This document shows positions 1 to 10,800 of a stretch of DNA of 64,000 nucleotides, in pieces (position 1 is the stretch's first letter; each line of letters begins with the position of its first letter). A program made the position numbers and the translations under genes. The stretch comes from Candidatus Cloacimonadota bacterium (GTDB lineage: Bacteria; Cloacimonadota; Cloacimonadia; Cloacimonadales; Cloacimonadaceae), in contig JAKPXC010000040.1 of the NCBI GenBank assembly GCA_029567705.1, positions 774-64,773 of the forward strand, written 5' to 3'. The notes beneath the pieces are model-generated. The model saw only the letters and a program-made list of their open reading frames with translations, made no database searches and was not told where the DNA came from.

Positions 1-329
1 GCCGCCAGCAAACAAGAAGAGAGTAAATCATCAGCCAAGCCATAGCTTGCTTTGGCAATCGTATTGGCTGTAGCCGGAGCAACCACAATGATATCTGCCC
101 AGTCTGCCAAGTTTATATGAGGAATCGGATCATTGTCTCCAAAGAGCTCGGTATGAACTGTCCCATGCGTAATGGCAGAGAAGTTCACCTGGCCTACAAG
201 TTTCAAAGCAGACTCAGTCATAATAGTCTTTATCTGCGCACCTTGCTTAACCAGCCGGCTGGCCAAATCTATAGCTTTGTAAGCAGCGATTCCACCGCTG
301 ACGCATAGTAGTATTTTATTATCCTTCAT
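1..329 (-). CDS. coaBC: CoaBC (phosphopantothenoylcysteine decarboxylase/synthetase), N-terminal flavoprotein part; the gene continues beyond the left edge
   Basis: Own translation of the minus strand from the ATG at 329-327 gives MKDNKILLCVSGGIAAYKAIDLASRLVKQGAQIKTIMTESALKLV...DIIVVAPATANTIAKASYGLADDLLS, the Dfp/CoaC flavin-binding signature. It is not in the ORF track because no stop lies inside the window. Confidence 0.85.
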   Translation of the reverse strand, partial: MKDNKILLCVSGGIAAYKAIDLASRLVKQGAQIKTIMTESALKLVGQVNFSAITHGTVHTELFGDNDPIPHINLADWADIIVVAPATANTIAKASYGLADDLLSSCLLA

Positions 330-630
330 ATCTATCCATTATTATTCTATGTGATGACCCAAGCCTCGTCATTCGATCTGCTGAGCATACATCGTTTAAA
401 GGCCAAGGCAACTTAGCATTTTTATAAAACATAGTCCAATCGTCAAGTATTTTCCACAAAATCAACGCCTCCTGTGCATGATTCTGGTGGTCTTTGTGGT
501 CTTCGGAACACATCCAAGAGTAAAAATAGAGGCGTAGATCCATGATATTGGAAAATGCGCCACATAGTTTGACATAATACAACAAGCATTCGACAAATAG
601 ACTGCACAGAGTAAATCCACTGCACGTCAT
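319..630 (-). CDS. Hypothetical protein (103 aa), doubtful
   Basis: ORF track. The stop overlaps the coaBC start by 11 nt, which looks operon-like. No recognisable motif; Cys/Trp-rich. It may start at an internal Met or be spurious. Confidence 0.3.
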   Translation of the reverse strand: MTCSGFTLCSLFVECLLYYVKLCGAFSNIMDLRLYFYSWMCSEDHKDHQNHAQEALILWKILDDWTMFYKNAKLPWPLNDVCSADRMTRLGSSHRIIMDRYEG

Positions 631-801
631 ACTATTACGTGTGCTATATGATAATTATTCATTATCAGGCCTGTTTCAAGAATCCACAACTAAGCCCAAC
701 AAATGACTTGTATCCTGATAATTAGTCTTGACTACAGAATAGACTCTAGAATAGGGGATAATGGATTTCTTACAATCTGAATGTGAAGTTAAATTCTGAA
801 T

Positions 802-3800
802 ATGGAAAATGAGGTTCTTGATATGCGTTATCTTTTAATCGCCTGCTTACTGATGAATGCAGCTAGCTTACTTGCTCTTGATGGTACACATAGTGTGGGA
901 GGCCATGGAGCGAACTACCCCACTCTTTCAGAAGCTTTTACAGTTTTAAGCAATGAAGGACTGACAGGAGACTGCGAACTATTGTTAAACACTGGGAGTT
1001 ATGTCGGTCCTTTTATTTTGGACTATGCAGACAACGGTTACAACCTGACTGTAAAAGCAGCCTTAGGACACACCCCCACTTTTACCAATCCCAGCTCCTC
1101 TTCGACCCAGAATTACATAATAAGAATAGCCGGAGTGAGAGGAATAAGGTTGCAGAACCTATATTTTGAAACCACTGGGACTTACTCAAGAGCTCTGCAA
1201 ATAGAGAACGATGCAGACGACCTGCAGATTACTGGCTGTACTTTCCAGGGAGTTCCCAATGCACCCACTTCATACACTGATGCCATTTACTTCACCGCTT
1301 CAGGCATAGCAGATGCTGATGATGTGTATATAGCCATGAACAACATAGTCGATGGAGGTTATGGGATTATCGTAAACAGCACAAGCTACCTTAACAGTTT
1401 CAGCGACTGGGAGATTCTGAACAACACATTTTCCGGAAACTATACTGGCATGAATTTACAAAGAATGAACAATCTCAGAATTGCAGGCAACAACATAGTC
1501 TCGGCCAGTTATGGCGTGAATGTCTCATCCTGTACAGGCGATTTTGACATCAGTCGTAACAAGGTAACAGACTGCAATTCGGGCATCAAGGTTGAATACA
1601 TCAATCCAAATCCTGCAGCTAATATCTACAATAATATCATCAATGTCTTTGGCTCTTATGGTCTCAGCGTTAATGCGCAAGGCTTGAATATATACCACAA
1701 CACAATTCAGAATTCCAATACCCAAACCTATCTCATCGCTACAGCAAGCTTCAGTGGTACAGATCTCAGAATTCGCAAGAATCACTTCTACTCCTCCGGC
1801 GATGCAGTAGCAGTGATTATCAGCTCCATTGATCCTGCTTATTCGCAGAGAAACATAATGGAACACAACAACCTCTATTCCAAAGGCCGTTACTTGGTTA
1901 AATCGTCAAACGACTATTATGCATCCATTGGCGAGTATGACGATCTGACTCTATGCCAGAATCTAAGCTGCTTCCCCGGCCTCTTCGGAGAAGACTTGCA
2001 AACTTCCTCTGCGTATCTCGATAACATTTTCCCCTCAACAGAAGTTGCTGTTGATTACAATAATCTTCCCCGTGATCCGGACAATAGCGATATCGGAGCT
2101 CATGAGTACAGCTCAGATCCCACCCACAGCCCTTTGATCGGACAATATAGCATCGGATTGGGACAGACTTTCCCCACCATTCAGTCATTTGCCGATGCGC
2201 TCCACCAAAGAGGAGTAGGAGGAAACGTCTCTGGCTTGTTAACTGACCCTCTCTATGAAGAACAAGTGGAATTCTTCACCATTCCGGGAGCTTCCAGTGA
2301 TAACATAGTGACTCTTTATTCTGCTCAGATACCCAATTCAACCCTCAGATTCTCCGGGCAAACACAGGCAGATAACTTTATCCTAAGCCTGAATCATGTA
2401 TCACACATAATATTGAGAAACATGATTTTTGAAACCACTTCTACAACATACTCGAACCTGATACTTAATCGGGGCTACAACCAAAACTTTGAGGTTAAGT
2501 ACTGCAGCTTTATTGCACCCGTAACAGCCAGTGGCTCCGGCATTGCCACTCCTTATGGTTACGAGGCAGATAACCTGGATATTCTTTCTTTGAGCTTCCT
2601 GGGTAATAGCACCGGAATGGAAATAAGGGGAAGTGGTTGGGATATCGTCGGATCAAGCTTTGACAATCAATACAACAGTATTTCTGGACAAGTATGCTCA
2701 AACATACGTGTGGAATACTCCAGCTTTACAAATGCAAGGAACTCAGCTGTTAGCATCAGTCAGGCAAAATCCTGCTACCTGCTCAATAACAGAATCTCCG
2801 GCACCAAAACCGGCATTGTCTTATATCAAGATAGTGATCCCAGCTTGGTTCGAAGTATGATTGCAAACAATGTCATCGACCTCAATGGAGGCAATGCTTG
2901 TGGAATCAGTGTTAGCGGAAGTATGATAAACATTCTGAACAACTCCGTACGTGTTGCTGGAACCAACTCACAGGCCATGTATTCATATCAGTTAGGCGCA
3001 AATGTGGAGATCGTGAACAACATCCTTCAATCTGCCGAGAGTTTTGCTCTGGAAGTAATTCACCACACTCCCACACCTACCACACTGATTGACTACAACT
3101 GCTACTACACAGAAGGAATTAACCTCCTTAAGATTGTTGATACTTATACCAGTTTGGATGGAGCTCTTGTGGGTTACCCGGATATGAACCAAAACTCTGT
3201 GTCCATCAATCCTCACCTCTCTGATGATATGCACACACAAAGCCCCTGGCTACGGTTGGCAGGCATGTTTAGAGCTGAGATAACGGAGGATATGGATTAC
3301 GAACTCAGGGGCGACTACTTTGATATCGGTGCTGATCAACAGCAAGGAGCCATCACAGACAATCGCCTGGCCGGCACTTACACAGTGGGTGAGTCTTCCA
3401 GCGATTATCAAACAATTACCGCAGCTTTGGCTGACCTTGAGCTCTGGGGAACTAACGGCAACGTTATTCTTCAGATCGCTTCCGGAATTTACGCCGGCAA
3501 GCTTAGCATGAGGAATTTCCCAAAGACTAACCCGACAGACATAGCTGTCATCAATGGATCGGATGATACTGTTATAGTGGTTGATCCCACTCCGGGACAG
3601 GATTTTGATAACTATGTGTTTAAACTAATTGGAACAAATGGCTTGACACTCAGCAATTTAAAGCTGCAAAGAACCAGCAATAACAATTATGCCACATATC
3701 TGGTTCTGGATGGTCGTTGTGATAATGTCTTGATTTCGAATTGTGATTTTGATCTCAGCGGAGGAACTCAGAACAATAGCAATGCTATAAATACCTATGA

Positions 3801-6144
3801 TAACCAGGGCTCAAACCTTGTTGTGGATAGCTGCAGTTTCTCAGACGGAAACTACGGCATCTCCATGAGTGGCCCCTATTATGGTACATTGAGCTACAGC
3901 AGCGTACAGATCAACAACTGCGATTTTAACAACGTGAAGTACCCTGTCAACATGCAAAAAGCTGTGGATGTGCAGATCATTGGTAATGTTATAACTGGCA
4001 GTTATCAGGCCATGGCTTTGTCCTACCTAAGCGGAGCTGGGCAAATCCGGAATAATCGAATCCACGAAAGCAGCTTGTATGGATCGTATTCCTCATACAT
4101 TGGAATCAGCCTCAGTAACTGCAACGGAGATTTCGGCCAAGCATTTCAGATCATAAACAACATCATCTTCATCGATCAATCCAGCGCTCAGTCTGCCACA
4201 GCCTTAAGTATCTCATACTCCAGCCATCTATACTTGAATCACAACACAATCATTTCAGATAATGCCTCATACAATGAGTATGGCTCTGCTCTGGACATCA
4301 ATACAGTAACGCTATCTAGCTTTTGGAACAATGTCTTTTCCAGCCCTTCGGGAGGATATGCTGCCAGGATTACCAATTGCTCGGATTACTTTTTTCAGAA
4401 CAATGCCTGGTATAGCAGTGCAAAACACATGGTATCACTTAACGGAGTGCTGAAGAGTAAATCCGAACTGCTCTCTGAAATTGATCCCCAAGGATATATT
4501 GCCAATCCACTTCCAAATAGCGATGGCTACGCTCAGTGCTCCTATTTGAAGCATAAAGCAGCAAGCACTACCAATAATTCTGATATTGACGGCAATCCTT
4601 TTGGCAATCCCGCTGATCTCGGGGCAAGTGTTGTTCCGGATTTTGGTGATCCCTTATCAGGAACAATCACAATTGGTTCAGGAGCGGACTATTCCGATCT
4701 GGCAACAGCCTTTACCGCCCTAACAAGACGTGGACTGAGTGGTAACCTGGCTCTGCAGATCAATCCGGGTGAATACATTACGAAGACCACTTTATCATAT
4801 GTTCCCGGCTCTCACCTCTACAGTGTTGATTTAGTCGGTGGAATAGATCAAAATGCTCCCATAGTAAAGAACAATGCCTCATCCGCCAACGAAAACTTCA
4901 TTCTCACCCTGAATAACATCCACAACTTGAATATACGCGACATTGCTTTTCAGGCAACTAACCCTTCCTATTGCGGAATTATCAAGATTCTGCGCTATAC
5001 TGAAGATTTGATGATCAGCAATTGCAGCTTTGTTGTGCCGGCCAACGCCACTAACAGTCAGGAAAATACTGCATTCTATTCCGGGAATGCCATACTGCAG
5101 GATGTTCGCATTGAGGATTCGTATTTTATGAACAATCCTTGGTCAATCTATGCTTATGCTCCTCAGCAATCCGATGGCAGCTTGGTTATTCAAGATAATC
5201 ACTTTGAGAACAACTATTACGCTGCATACTTCAGCTATATCACAGAGCTGGCGTTTGAAAGGAATGAGATAGTCGATTTCCGCTACATGGGCTTACAACT
5301 TAATACGGGCATCACCAATTCCATCGTAAACGCCAATTCCATCACCGGGAATGGGAATCAAGCACTCTACCTTTCGAATTTGGGAAGTTCCGGCGAACAT
5401 CGGATATTCAGTAATTATCTTCGCACCGGCCCAAATTCCACAAGCACCCTCTATATCAGCGGAACTGGAAATGTTCAAGCCTACCATAACACAGTGGTCA
5501 ATAGTTCCCTGAACTCGCAAAGTCTGGCTTTTGGCTTCGATAGCAGCTCTTCCAACATCTCGTTCCTCAACAATATATGCGTTGCAGATCAAGGCCTGGC
5601 AGCCTACTTCCAATCTTTATCCCATTTCGATTCTGGTGAGTATACCCACAATCTTTACTACTCCTCAGCTAATAATCTGGTTAGATTGGGAACAGAGTTC
5701 TTCAGTAACTCGTTGGCCTGGAACCTTTCCACTGGAGACCAATATAGTTGGTTTGAGAATCCGCTTCTAGAGGCAGATACTTTCATCATCTCCCCTGCCT
5801 CACCGGCAAGAAACAAAGGTACCAACCTTGCTGAAGCTAGCTTGGATATAATGGGTAACCACAGAGACAATCCCCCGGATCTTGGTTGTTACGAGACTTA
5901 TATATTCAATTTGGACACCCCCCAGAATCCATCATTGATTCTTAGTTCAGACGGCAGCAGCCTAAACTTGAGCTGGGATATGGTACCTGGGGCAGGTCTG
6001 TATATTGTTCAGATTGCTTCGGATCCGTTATCTCCGGATTGGCAGGATATGCCGGGAATGAGTACTGGACAGCTTAGTATTAGTATTCCCGTACCAGAAT
6101 TGCCAAAGGCCTTCTTCAGAGTTAGAGCTATAGGCCCTCAGTAA
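802..6144 (+). CDS. Giant secreted parallel beta-helix (PbH1-like) repeat protein with a C-terminal Fn3-like domain
   Basis: 1780-aa ORF. The probable real start is Met8 at 823, giving the signal peptide MRYLLIACLLMNAASLLA. There are four ~420-aa modules (aa ~28, ~446, ~856, ~1284). Each opens with a Y-x-(T/S)(I/L)-x-x-A-(F/L)-x-x-L...G...G-x-Y motif, followed by N/G/S/I-rich beta-helix rungs. The C-terminus reads LNLSWDMVPGAGLYIVQ...FFRVRAIG (Fn3-like). No PNP-type T9SS sorting domain is seen. Confidence 0.8.
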   Translation: MENEVLDMRYLLIACLLMNAASLLALDGTHSVGGHGANYPTLSEAFTVLSNEGLTGDCELLLNTGSYVGPFILDYADNGYNLTVKAALGHTPTFTNPSSSSTQNYIIRIAGVRGIRLQNLYFETTGTYSRALQIENDADDLQITGCTFQGVPNAPTSYTDAIYFTASGIADADDVYIAMNNIVDGGYGIIVNSTSYLNSFSDWEILNNTFSGNYTGMNLQRMNNLRIAGNNIVSASYGVNVSSCTGDFDISRNKVTDCNSGIKVEYINPNPAANIYNNIINVFGSYGLSVNAQGLNIYHNTIQNSNTQTYLIATASFSGTDLRIRKNHFYSSGDAVAVIISSIDPAYSQRNIMEHNNLYSKGRYLVKSSNDYYASIGEYDDLTLCQNLSCFPGLFGEDLQTSSAYLDNIFPSTEVAVDYNNLPRDPDNSDIGAHEYSSDPTHSPLIGQYSIGLGQTFPTIQSFADALHQRGVGGNVSGLLTDPLYEEQVEFFTIPGASSDNIVTLYSAQIPNSTLRFSGQTQADNFILSLNHVSHIILRNMIFETTSTTYSNLILNRGYNQNFEVKYCSFIAPVTASGSGIATPYGYEADNLDILSLSFLGNSTGMEIRGSGWDIVGSSFDNQYNSISGQVCSNIRVEYSSFTNARNSAVSISQAKSCYLLNNRISGTKTGIVLYQDSDPSLVRSMIANNVIDLNGGNACGISVSGSMINILNNSVRVAGTNSQAMYSYQLGANVEIVNNILQSAESFALEVIHHTPTPTTLIDYNCYYTEGINLLKIVDTYTSLDGALVGYPDMNQNSVSINPHLSDDMHTQSPWLRLAGMFRAEITEDMDYELRGDYFDIGADQQQGAITDNRLAGTYTVGESSSDYQTITAALADLELWGTNGNVILQIASGIYAGKLSMRNFPKTNPTDIAVINGSDDTVIVVDPTPGQDFDNYVFKLIGTNGLTLSNLKLQRTSNNNYATYLVLDGRCDNVLISNCDFDLSGGTQNNSNAINTYDNQGSNLVVDSCSFSDGNYGISMSGPYYGTLSYSSVQINNCDFNNVKYPVNMQKAVDVQIIGNVITGSYQAMALSYLSGAGQIRNNRIHESSLYGSYSSYIGISLSNCNGDFGQAFQIINNIIFIDQSSAQSATALSISYSSHLYLNHNTIISDNASYNEYGSALDINTVTLSSFWNNVFSSPSGGYAARITNCSDYFFQNNAWYSSAKHMVSLNGVLKSKSELLSEIDPQGYIANPLPNSDGYAQCSYLKHKAASTTNNSDIDGNPFGNPADLGASVVPDFGDPLSGTITIGSGADYSDLATAFTALTRRGLSGNLALQINPGEYITKTTLSYVPGSHLYSVDLVGGIDQNAPIVKNNASSANENFILTLNNIHNLNIRDIAFQATNPSYCGIIKILRYTEDLMISNCSFVVPANATNSQENTAFYSGNAILQDVRIEDSYFMNNPWSIYAYAPQQSDGSLVIQDNHFENNYYAAYFSYITELAFERNEIVDFRYMGLQLNTGITNSIVNANSITGNGNQALYLSNLGSSGEHRIFSNYLRTGPNSTSTLYISGTGNVQAYHNTVVNSSLNSQSLAFGFDSSSSNISFLNNICVADQGLAAYFQSLSHFDSGEYTHNLYYSSANNLVRLGTEFFSNSLAWNLSTGDQYSWFENPLLEADTFIISPASPARNKGTNLAEASLDIMGNHRDNPPDLGCYETYIFNLDTPQNPSLILSSDGSSLNLSWDMVPGAGLYIVQIASDPLSPDWQDMPGMSTGQLSISIPVPELPKAFFRVRAIGPQ

Positions 6145-6165
6145 TATAACAAAGTCTTGCTTATC

Positions 6166-6201
6166 AAGCCGGATGTATTGCTGCATCCGGCTTCTTTTCT
6201 T
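6166..6201 (+). terminator. Rho-independent terminator after the giant ORF
   Basis: AAGCCGGATG (6166-6175) pairs perfectly with CATCCGGCTT (6184-6193) across an 8-nt loop, followed by CTTTTCTT. Confidence 0.7.
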
Positions 6202-6240
6202 GCTCAATTAGCCACCTGATTCAGTCAGTCTGTTGGCTAT

Positions 6241-6320
6241 ATAACTGATTGCATAAGAAGCTTTTCCTTAACTGAGGTTAAGGATGGGTTAAGGATAGGT
6301 TTAGGAATCGACTTAGGAAG
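6241..6320 (+). repeat. GGTTAAGGAT-unit intergenic element, copy 1 (3 units)
   Basis: ataactgattgcataagaagcttttCCTTAACtgagGTTAAGGATGGGTTAAGGATAGGTTTAGGAatcgaCTTAGGAAG. It aligns with the six other copies listed below. Confidence 0.9.
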
Positions 6321-6353
6321 AGGATAGCAGGACGTGGAAAGAAATCAATAAAC

Positions 6354-6378
6354 AAGGCACTTTGAGTGCTTTTTTTTA
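6354..6378 (+). terminator. Hairpin plus T8 run, candidate terminator downstream of repeat copy 1
   Basis: AAGGCAC-tttga-GTGCTTT (short stem with a G-U pair) followed by TTTTTTTT. Confidence 0.55.
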
Positions 6379-6407
6379 TTGACAGCAGAACTAAGCTGGA
6401 AAAGGAT
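6379..6407 (+). promoter_or_regulatory. Candidate promoter of tRNA-Leu
   Basis: TTGACA at 6379-6384, a 17-nt spacer, then AAGGAT. The mature tRNA 5' end lies 12 nt further on. The -10 is poor. Confidence 0.35.
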
Positions 6408-6419
6408 GCTCAATAGCGT

Positions 6420-6506
6420 GCCGAAGTGGTGAAATTGGTAGACGCAGTGGACTCAAAATCCACCGAGCATTAGCTCATGCCGGTTCGATTCCGGCCTTCG
6501 GCACCA
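6420..6506 (+). tRNA. tRNA-Leu(CAA), CCA encoded
   Basis: Acceptor stem GCCGAAG/CTTCGGC. Anticodon arm GTGGA-CTCAAAA-TCCAC. Long variable arm. T-arm GCCGG-TTCGATT-CCGGC. Ends in A-CCA. Confidence 0.93.
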
Positions 6507-6680
6507 ATTCTTAAGGAGACAGAACGAAAGATTTGTTAGCCTAGGGCTATCTTTAAGGCATGATAACACGGAACCGTTTGGTTTCCGGATCAATCCGTTT
6601 AGAATTTAAACATATTCATATTGAAGGCTATATTTACTGATGCCTGCATACAGAAAAAAAATCCAAATTGTGGAGGTACC

Positions 6681-7724
6681 ATGTTTCGCAACACAAGAAT
6701 GATACAAGCTGCAGTCCTGATGATTGCATTAATAGCGCCCCTGGGGCTTTCCGCCATCTCCCAGGCTGCACCGCTCTTCCTTACCTTTGAACCCGGTGCT
6801 CGCGCAAACGGTATGGGACGTGCCTATACTGCCATAGCAGACGATGCCTATGCCGGATGGTGGAATCCTGCAGCCATGGCCTTCAACCGGAAGACGCAGC
6901 TCACTGCCACTCACATGCCATGGATGGTAGGTGCCGGAGCCGGTTTTGACGATATGTTCCATCAGTATTATGGCTGGAATCAGTACTTTGACGGTATTGG
7001 CAACCTGGGTGCCCATATTACCTGGTTGGATGCCGGTACGCAGATGCAGATGGATGAAGTTGGTAACGAGCTGGGGGAATTCCATACGTTTGAAGCTGCC
7101 TTTGCCATGGGCTATGCCTACGAAATGGTTCCCGATAAGATTGGCTTGGGTGGAAACTTCAAGATAATCTATAGTTACCTTGCTCCTGGAACAGGAAATA
7201 CAGATTCCGAAGGAAAGACCTTTGGTTATGCCTTTGATTTAGCCAGTAAGTTCAAGGATGTTGCCGGACTGGAAGGTCTGGATGCCGCAGCAGTAATCCA
7301 GAACATCGGCCCCAATGTGACCTACGTAAATGAAGCTCAATCCGATCCTCTGCCCATGACTATTCGTTTGGGTGCTGCATATCAGGTTCTTGATTCTCAG
7401 ATGGGAAGAATGAAGGTGAGCGTGGAAGCCAGCAAGATCCTGGCAAATGAAGACCCGCTTTTCCAGAGATTCATCACAGGCTTTGAACACATGGATGAAA
7501 CTATCTACGGTGCCGGTGGAGAATACACCTATCTGGATCTCATCACCATGAGAGCAGGTTATTTCTATGATAAAGCCGGAGAAGTGACTGGACCCAGCTT
7601 TGGAGCCGGTTTCCAATACAGCTTCAGCCAACGTTACAAGCTTACTGCCGATTTCGGCCTGATCTGGGGTGGAAAGCTAATCAACGATTATAATAAAATC
7701 TTCTCGCTGGGATTTGAATTCTAA
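6681..7724 (+). CDS. PorV/PorQ-like (FadL-like) outer-membrane beta-barrel, T9SS-associated
   Basis: Start moved to the ATG at 6681, which follows GGAGG at -11 to -7. Signal peptide MFRNTRMIQAAVLMIALIAPLGLSA. The motif PGARANGMGRAYTAIADDAYAGWWNPAAMAF matches what I remember of PorV-family proteins. C-terminal ...FSLGFEF is an OMP signature. Confidence 0.6.
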   Translation: MFRNTRMIQAAVLMIALIAPLGLSAISQAAPLFLTFEPGARANGMGRAYTAIADDAYAGWWNPAAMAFNRKTQLTATHMPWMVGAGAGFDDMFHQYYGWNQYFDGIGNLGAHITWLDAGTQMQMDEVGNELGEFHTFEAAFAMGYAYEMVPDKIGLGGNFKIIYSYLAPGTGNTDSEGKTFGYAFDLASKFKDVAGLEGLDAAAVIQNIGPNVTYVNEAQSDPLPMTIRLGAAYQVLDSQMGRMKVSVEASKILANEDPLFQRFITGFEHMDETIYGAGGEYTYLDLITMRAGYFYDKAGEVTGPSFGAGFQYSFSQRYKLTADFGLIWGGKLINDYNKIFSLGFEF

Positions 7725-7824
7725 GAAACTAGCTTGAAACATACATATATAAGTGGGTTCTTTGTGTTTGAAGCTCTTCGATATGGAGCGCAAACACAAG
7801 AGCCCATAAGCTTTTATCTGTAAT

Positions 7825-10800
7825 ATGAAGAAACTGCTTGTCTTCCTATTGACGATCTTGGCGGTTCAGCTTGTGGCTGAATCGATGAGGCTAAATCGTT
7901 TTGATAAGGTTAGTCCTCCCAGACGGCATCCATATACTTCTCTTTTGAGAGAGGAATCCAGCCCCGCTGAGCTGCAGCAGAGAAGAGCCGGAGATGGAAG
8001 TGATAGACTTTTGGTCATACTGGTAGATTTTCAGGAAGAGACACCTGATAATCCTCAAACCACAGGTAATGGCAAGTTCTTCCTGGAAGATGATCCGGAC
8101 TATATGTTCAGCATCGGGCGTCCACCTCACGACAGGGAGTATTTCCTTGCCAATATGGAAGCTCTTCGCTATTATTATCTGGCGGCCTCCGCAGGAACTC
8201 TTGATCTTCAATACGATGTCTATCCTCAGGATGGTTCTTTCTACACTTTGCCTCAACCCATGGCCTATTATAACCCTCCGGGAGCAAGCTCAGAACTCTT
8301 TGTTTCCAGAGTGGAGGAGTATTTCCAATCATCCTTCGAGATAGCAGATTCCCGCAGCCCGGAAATCAACTTTGGGGCCTACAATCATTACATGATTATT
8401 CATGCAGGATCGGACTGGCAACATGATGTATTGGGAGACAGCCCATCTGATCTGCCATCATTCTTCATCCACGTGAGTGAAGATAAAGCTGTGAAAGTTG
8501 ATTCGGGGGCACATAAGATCTATTACGCCTGCAATGTTCCTTCCACCATCTCACAGGATTTCAGCACCTATGATTCGGGTGGTTTGACAGTAAGATCCGG
8601 GTATGGTGCTTTGAACTCTGTGATAGCGCACGAGTTTGGTCATTCCCTGGGTTTGGTGGATCTTTACAATGTAAGAACCTTTCAACCGATGGTAGGCGTC
8701 TTTGATATCATGGATAGTGGTGGTAGCGGAACAATGGTGACCGGACCGCTGGACGATGGATCCTGGGTGGCAGTTGAAGGCATCCTTCCCGCTTTACCCG
8801 GTGCTTTTTCCAGAGCTCTGCTTTTTGAAGACGAGTTCAGACGGATAGGGCTCATGAAAGATAGTAATGAGTATCAACTCGACAATGATCTGAACATTGC
8901 TGCCAGCAGTCGGAAGAACACCGATGGCAAGCCTATAGTACAGATAATCAAGGTTCCTCTGTCTGAGACAGAGTATGTTCTGCTGGAGAATCGTTCCATT
9001 GATCCAGATGGTGACGGCATTCCTGCAGTTATTACTGATTTGGATGGCAGAGTCGTGTTATACCCCAGTCCGGATGGTGATCCCAGTGAAACACCCAGCT
9101 ATGAGTATGACTACTTCCTTCCTTCTTTCCTGAAGTCGGACAACTCCTCAATTGGTGGTGGTATCCTGGCTTGGCGTGTCAACGAAGATATCCTTTATAA
9201 CCAAGGGATAAGCTATCCAAGTGGGGAGTGGATTTCGAATTTTGATAATAATACTGTCAATACAGTATACAGCCGTCGAGGCGTTGAGGTCATTGAAGCA
9301 GATAATCTTCCGGATTTGGGTAATGAGTATTCCTGGTTCTGGACTGGAACTCCCTATGAGTATTTTCATGCCTATAAGCCGGTTCTAAACTCCGATGGCT
9401 TGTTTACTAACTGGTCGTTGATTCCCTGGAAGCCAAGCTTTGGTCCCAATACAGAACCACCTCTGCAGGATAGCTATGGCTTGCCGGCACAGAATTGGCT
9501 GGAGCAAATCGGAAATCCTTCTGCTGTTATGAGCTTGAAGATCAAGGATGCTTTCTTTGACAAAAGCCAGACTGTGTTCTTCGATAGCCTGTCCCTGGCA
9601 GTTGCTCCCATCGTTAGAACCAGTCTTTCCATTAGTGATGAGATCCCTGTGGTACAAAGCGGGAAGCTTACTTACCTCAGTCAGCCCGATCCCGATGGAT
9701 ACTGGTTGAATATGCTGGGGGATTTCTCTCACAATACGCTTCCTGGGGATATGCCTATCATCACTGCCAACCAGTTCAATGATCAATATGAAGAGCTTAT
9801 TGTTTCCGGGAAAAGAGACATTAGCATCCTGGACGTGGAGAACGACGTCTTCCACGAGCACAGTATAAACTTCCCTGATAGTCTATCGAGTATTCCTTTT
9901 GCTGTTGACAATGCCCTGTTTGTAGCCACTTATGGCGGTCTCTTCAAGATACAGAATTATGATGTAGCCCTGGTAAATCCCGAGCTTGGCGGTATACGTT
10001 CAATGGTTGCTTGGGACGACATGATTTATGCTCTGATTCCCAGAAAGCTGTTGTTGATAGATACTAATCTGGTGATCCAGAGTGGTCTGGATCTCCCCGA
10101 AGACTTTGGTCTCTATGAAGCTTTGGTCTTTCAGGATGCAAGCAGTACTGAGCTCACACTAATTCTTACTTCCAACCATGGGAACGTGTATACCTTTTCA
10201 AATGGAATCCTGAATAAGATCTTCACTGGTGATGGCAGCCTGGTTAGTCAATTGGGTCTTGCTTCTTTGAGGGATAATGCTCCCGTGATATTCTTTGGAA
10301 GAGGAAGCGATGCTTACGCAATAACCCTGGATGGCAGCCTGCTTCCAGGTTTCCCACGCTCAGTATACCCTCACACAATAGAGCCACAGGCACATCCAAA
10401 GGCTCTCAGGCTTTCCGGTAATGAGCTTTTTTACTATCCGCTTCAGGACAGAGGATATATTGCGATTGGTGAGATGGGAGAAATACATAAGGATAAAGGC
10501 ATGTTCTGGGACAAACTGTTCCGGACAGACTATCTACACTGGCAGGAAGCCAATCAGGAACTCTTGTGGTACTATCCCATCAGAGGAGCTAAAGTACAGA
10601 TCAAAACACTCAGTACCACAGACGGTAACCCCATCATCTGGAGCGGATTGCGTAACGGTAGTACCGGAGTATTCCAAGCTTCTGTAACGAACCCAATACC
10701 CACCTCACTACCGGTAACTGCTTACATCTTCCCCAATCCTGTTACTACTGGTTTATGCAGATTAAGAATAGAGAACAGCAACGAGAAGGGCTATTATGCA

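Noticed and set aside
6276-6306. The tandem 10-bp GGTTAAGGAT units, considered as a CRISPR array, an iteron set or a coding mini-ORF (AUG-GGU-UAA occurs in each unit).
   Set aside because: The units are contiguous with no spacers, and there are no cas genes, so this is not CRISPR. No rep gene or plasmid context supports iterons. The AAGG sits directly against the AUG, which is unsuitable spacing for initiation, so a translated MG mini-ORF is unlikely.
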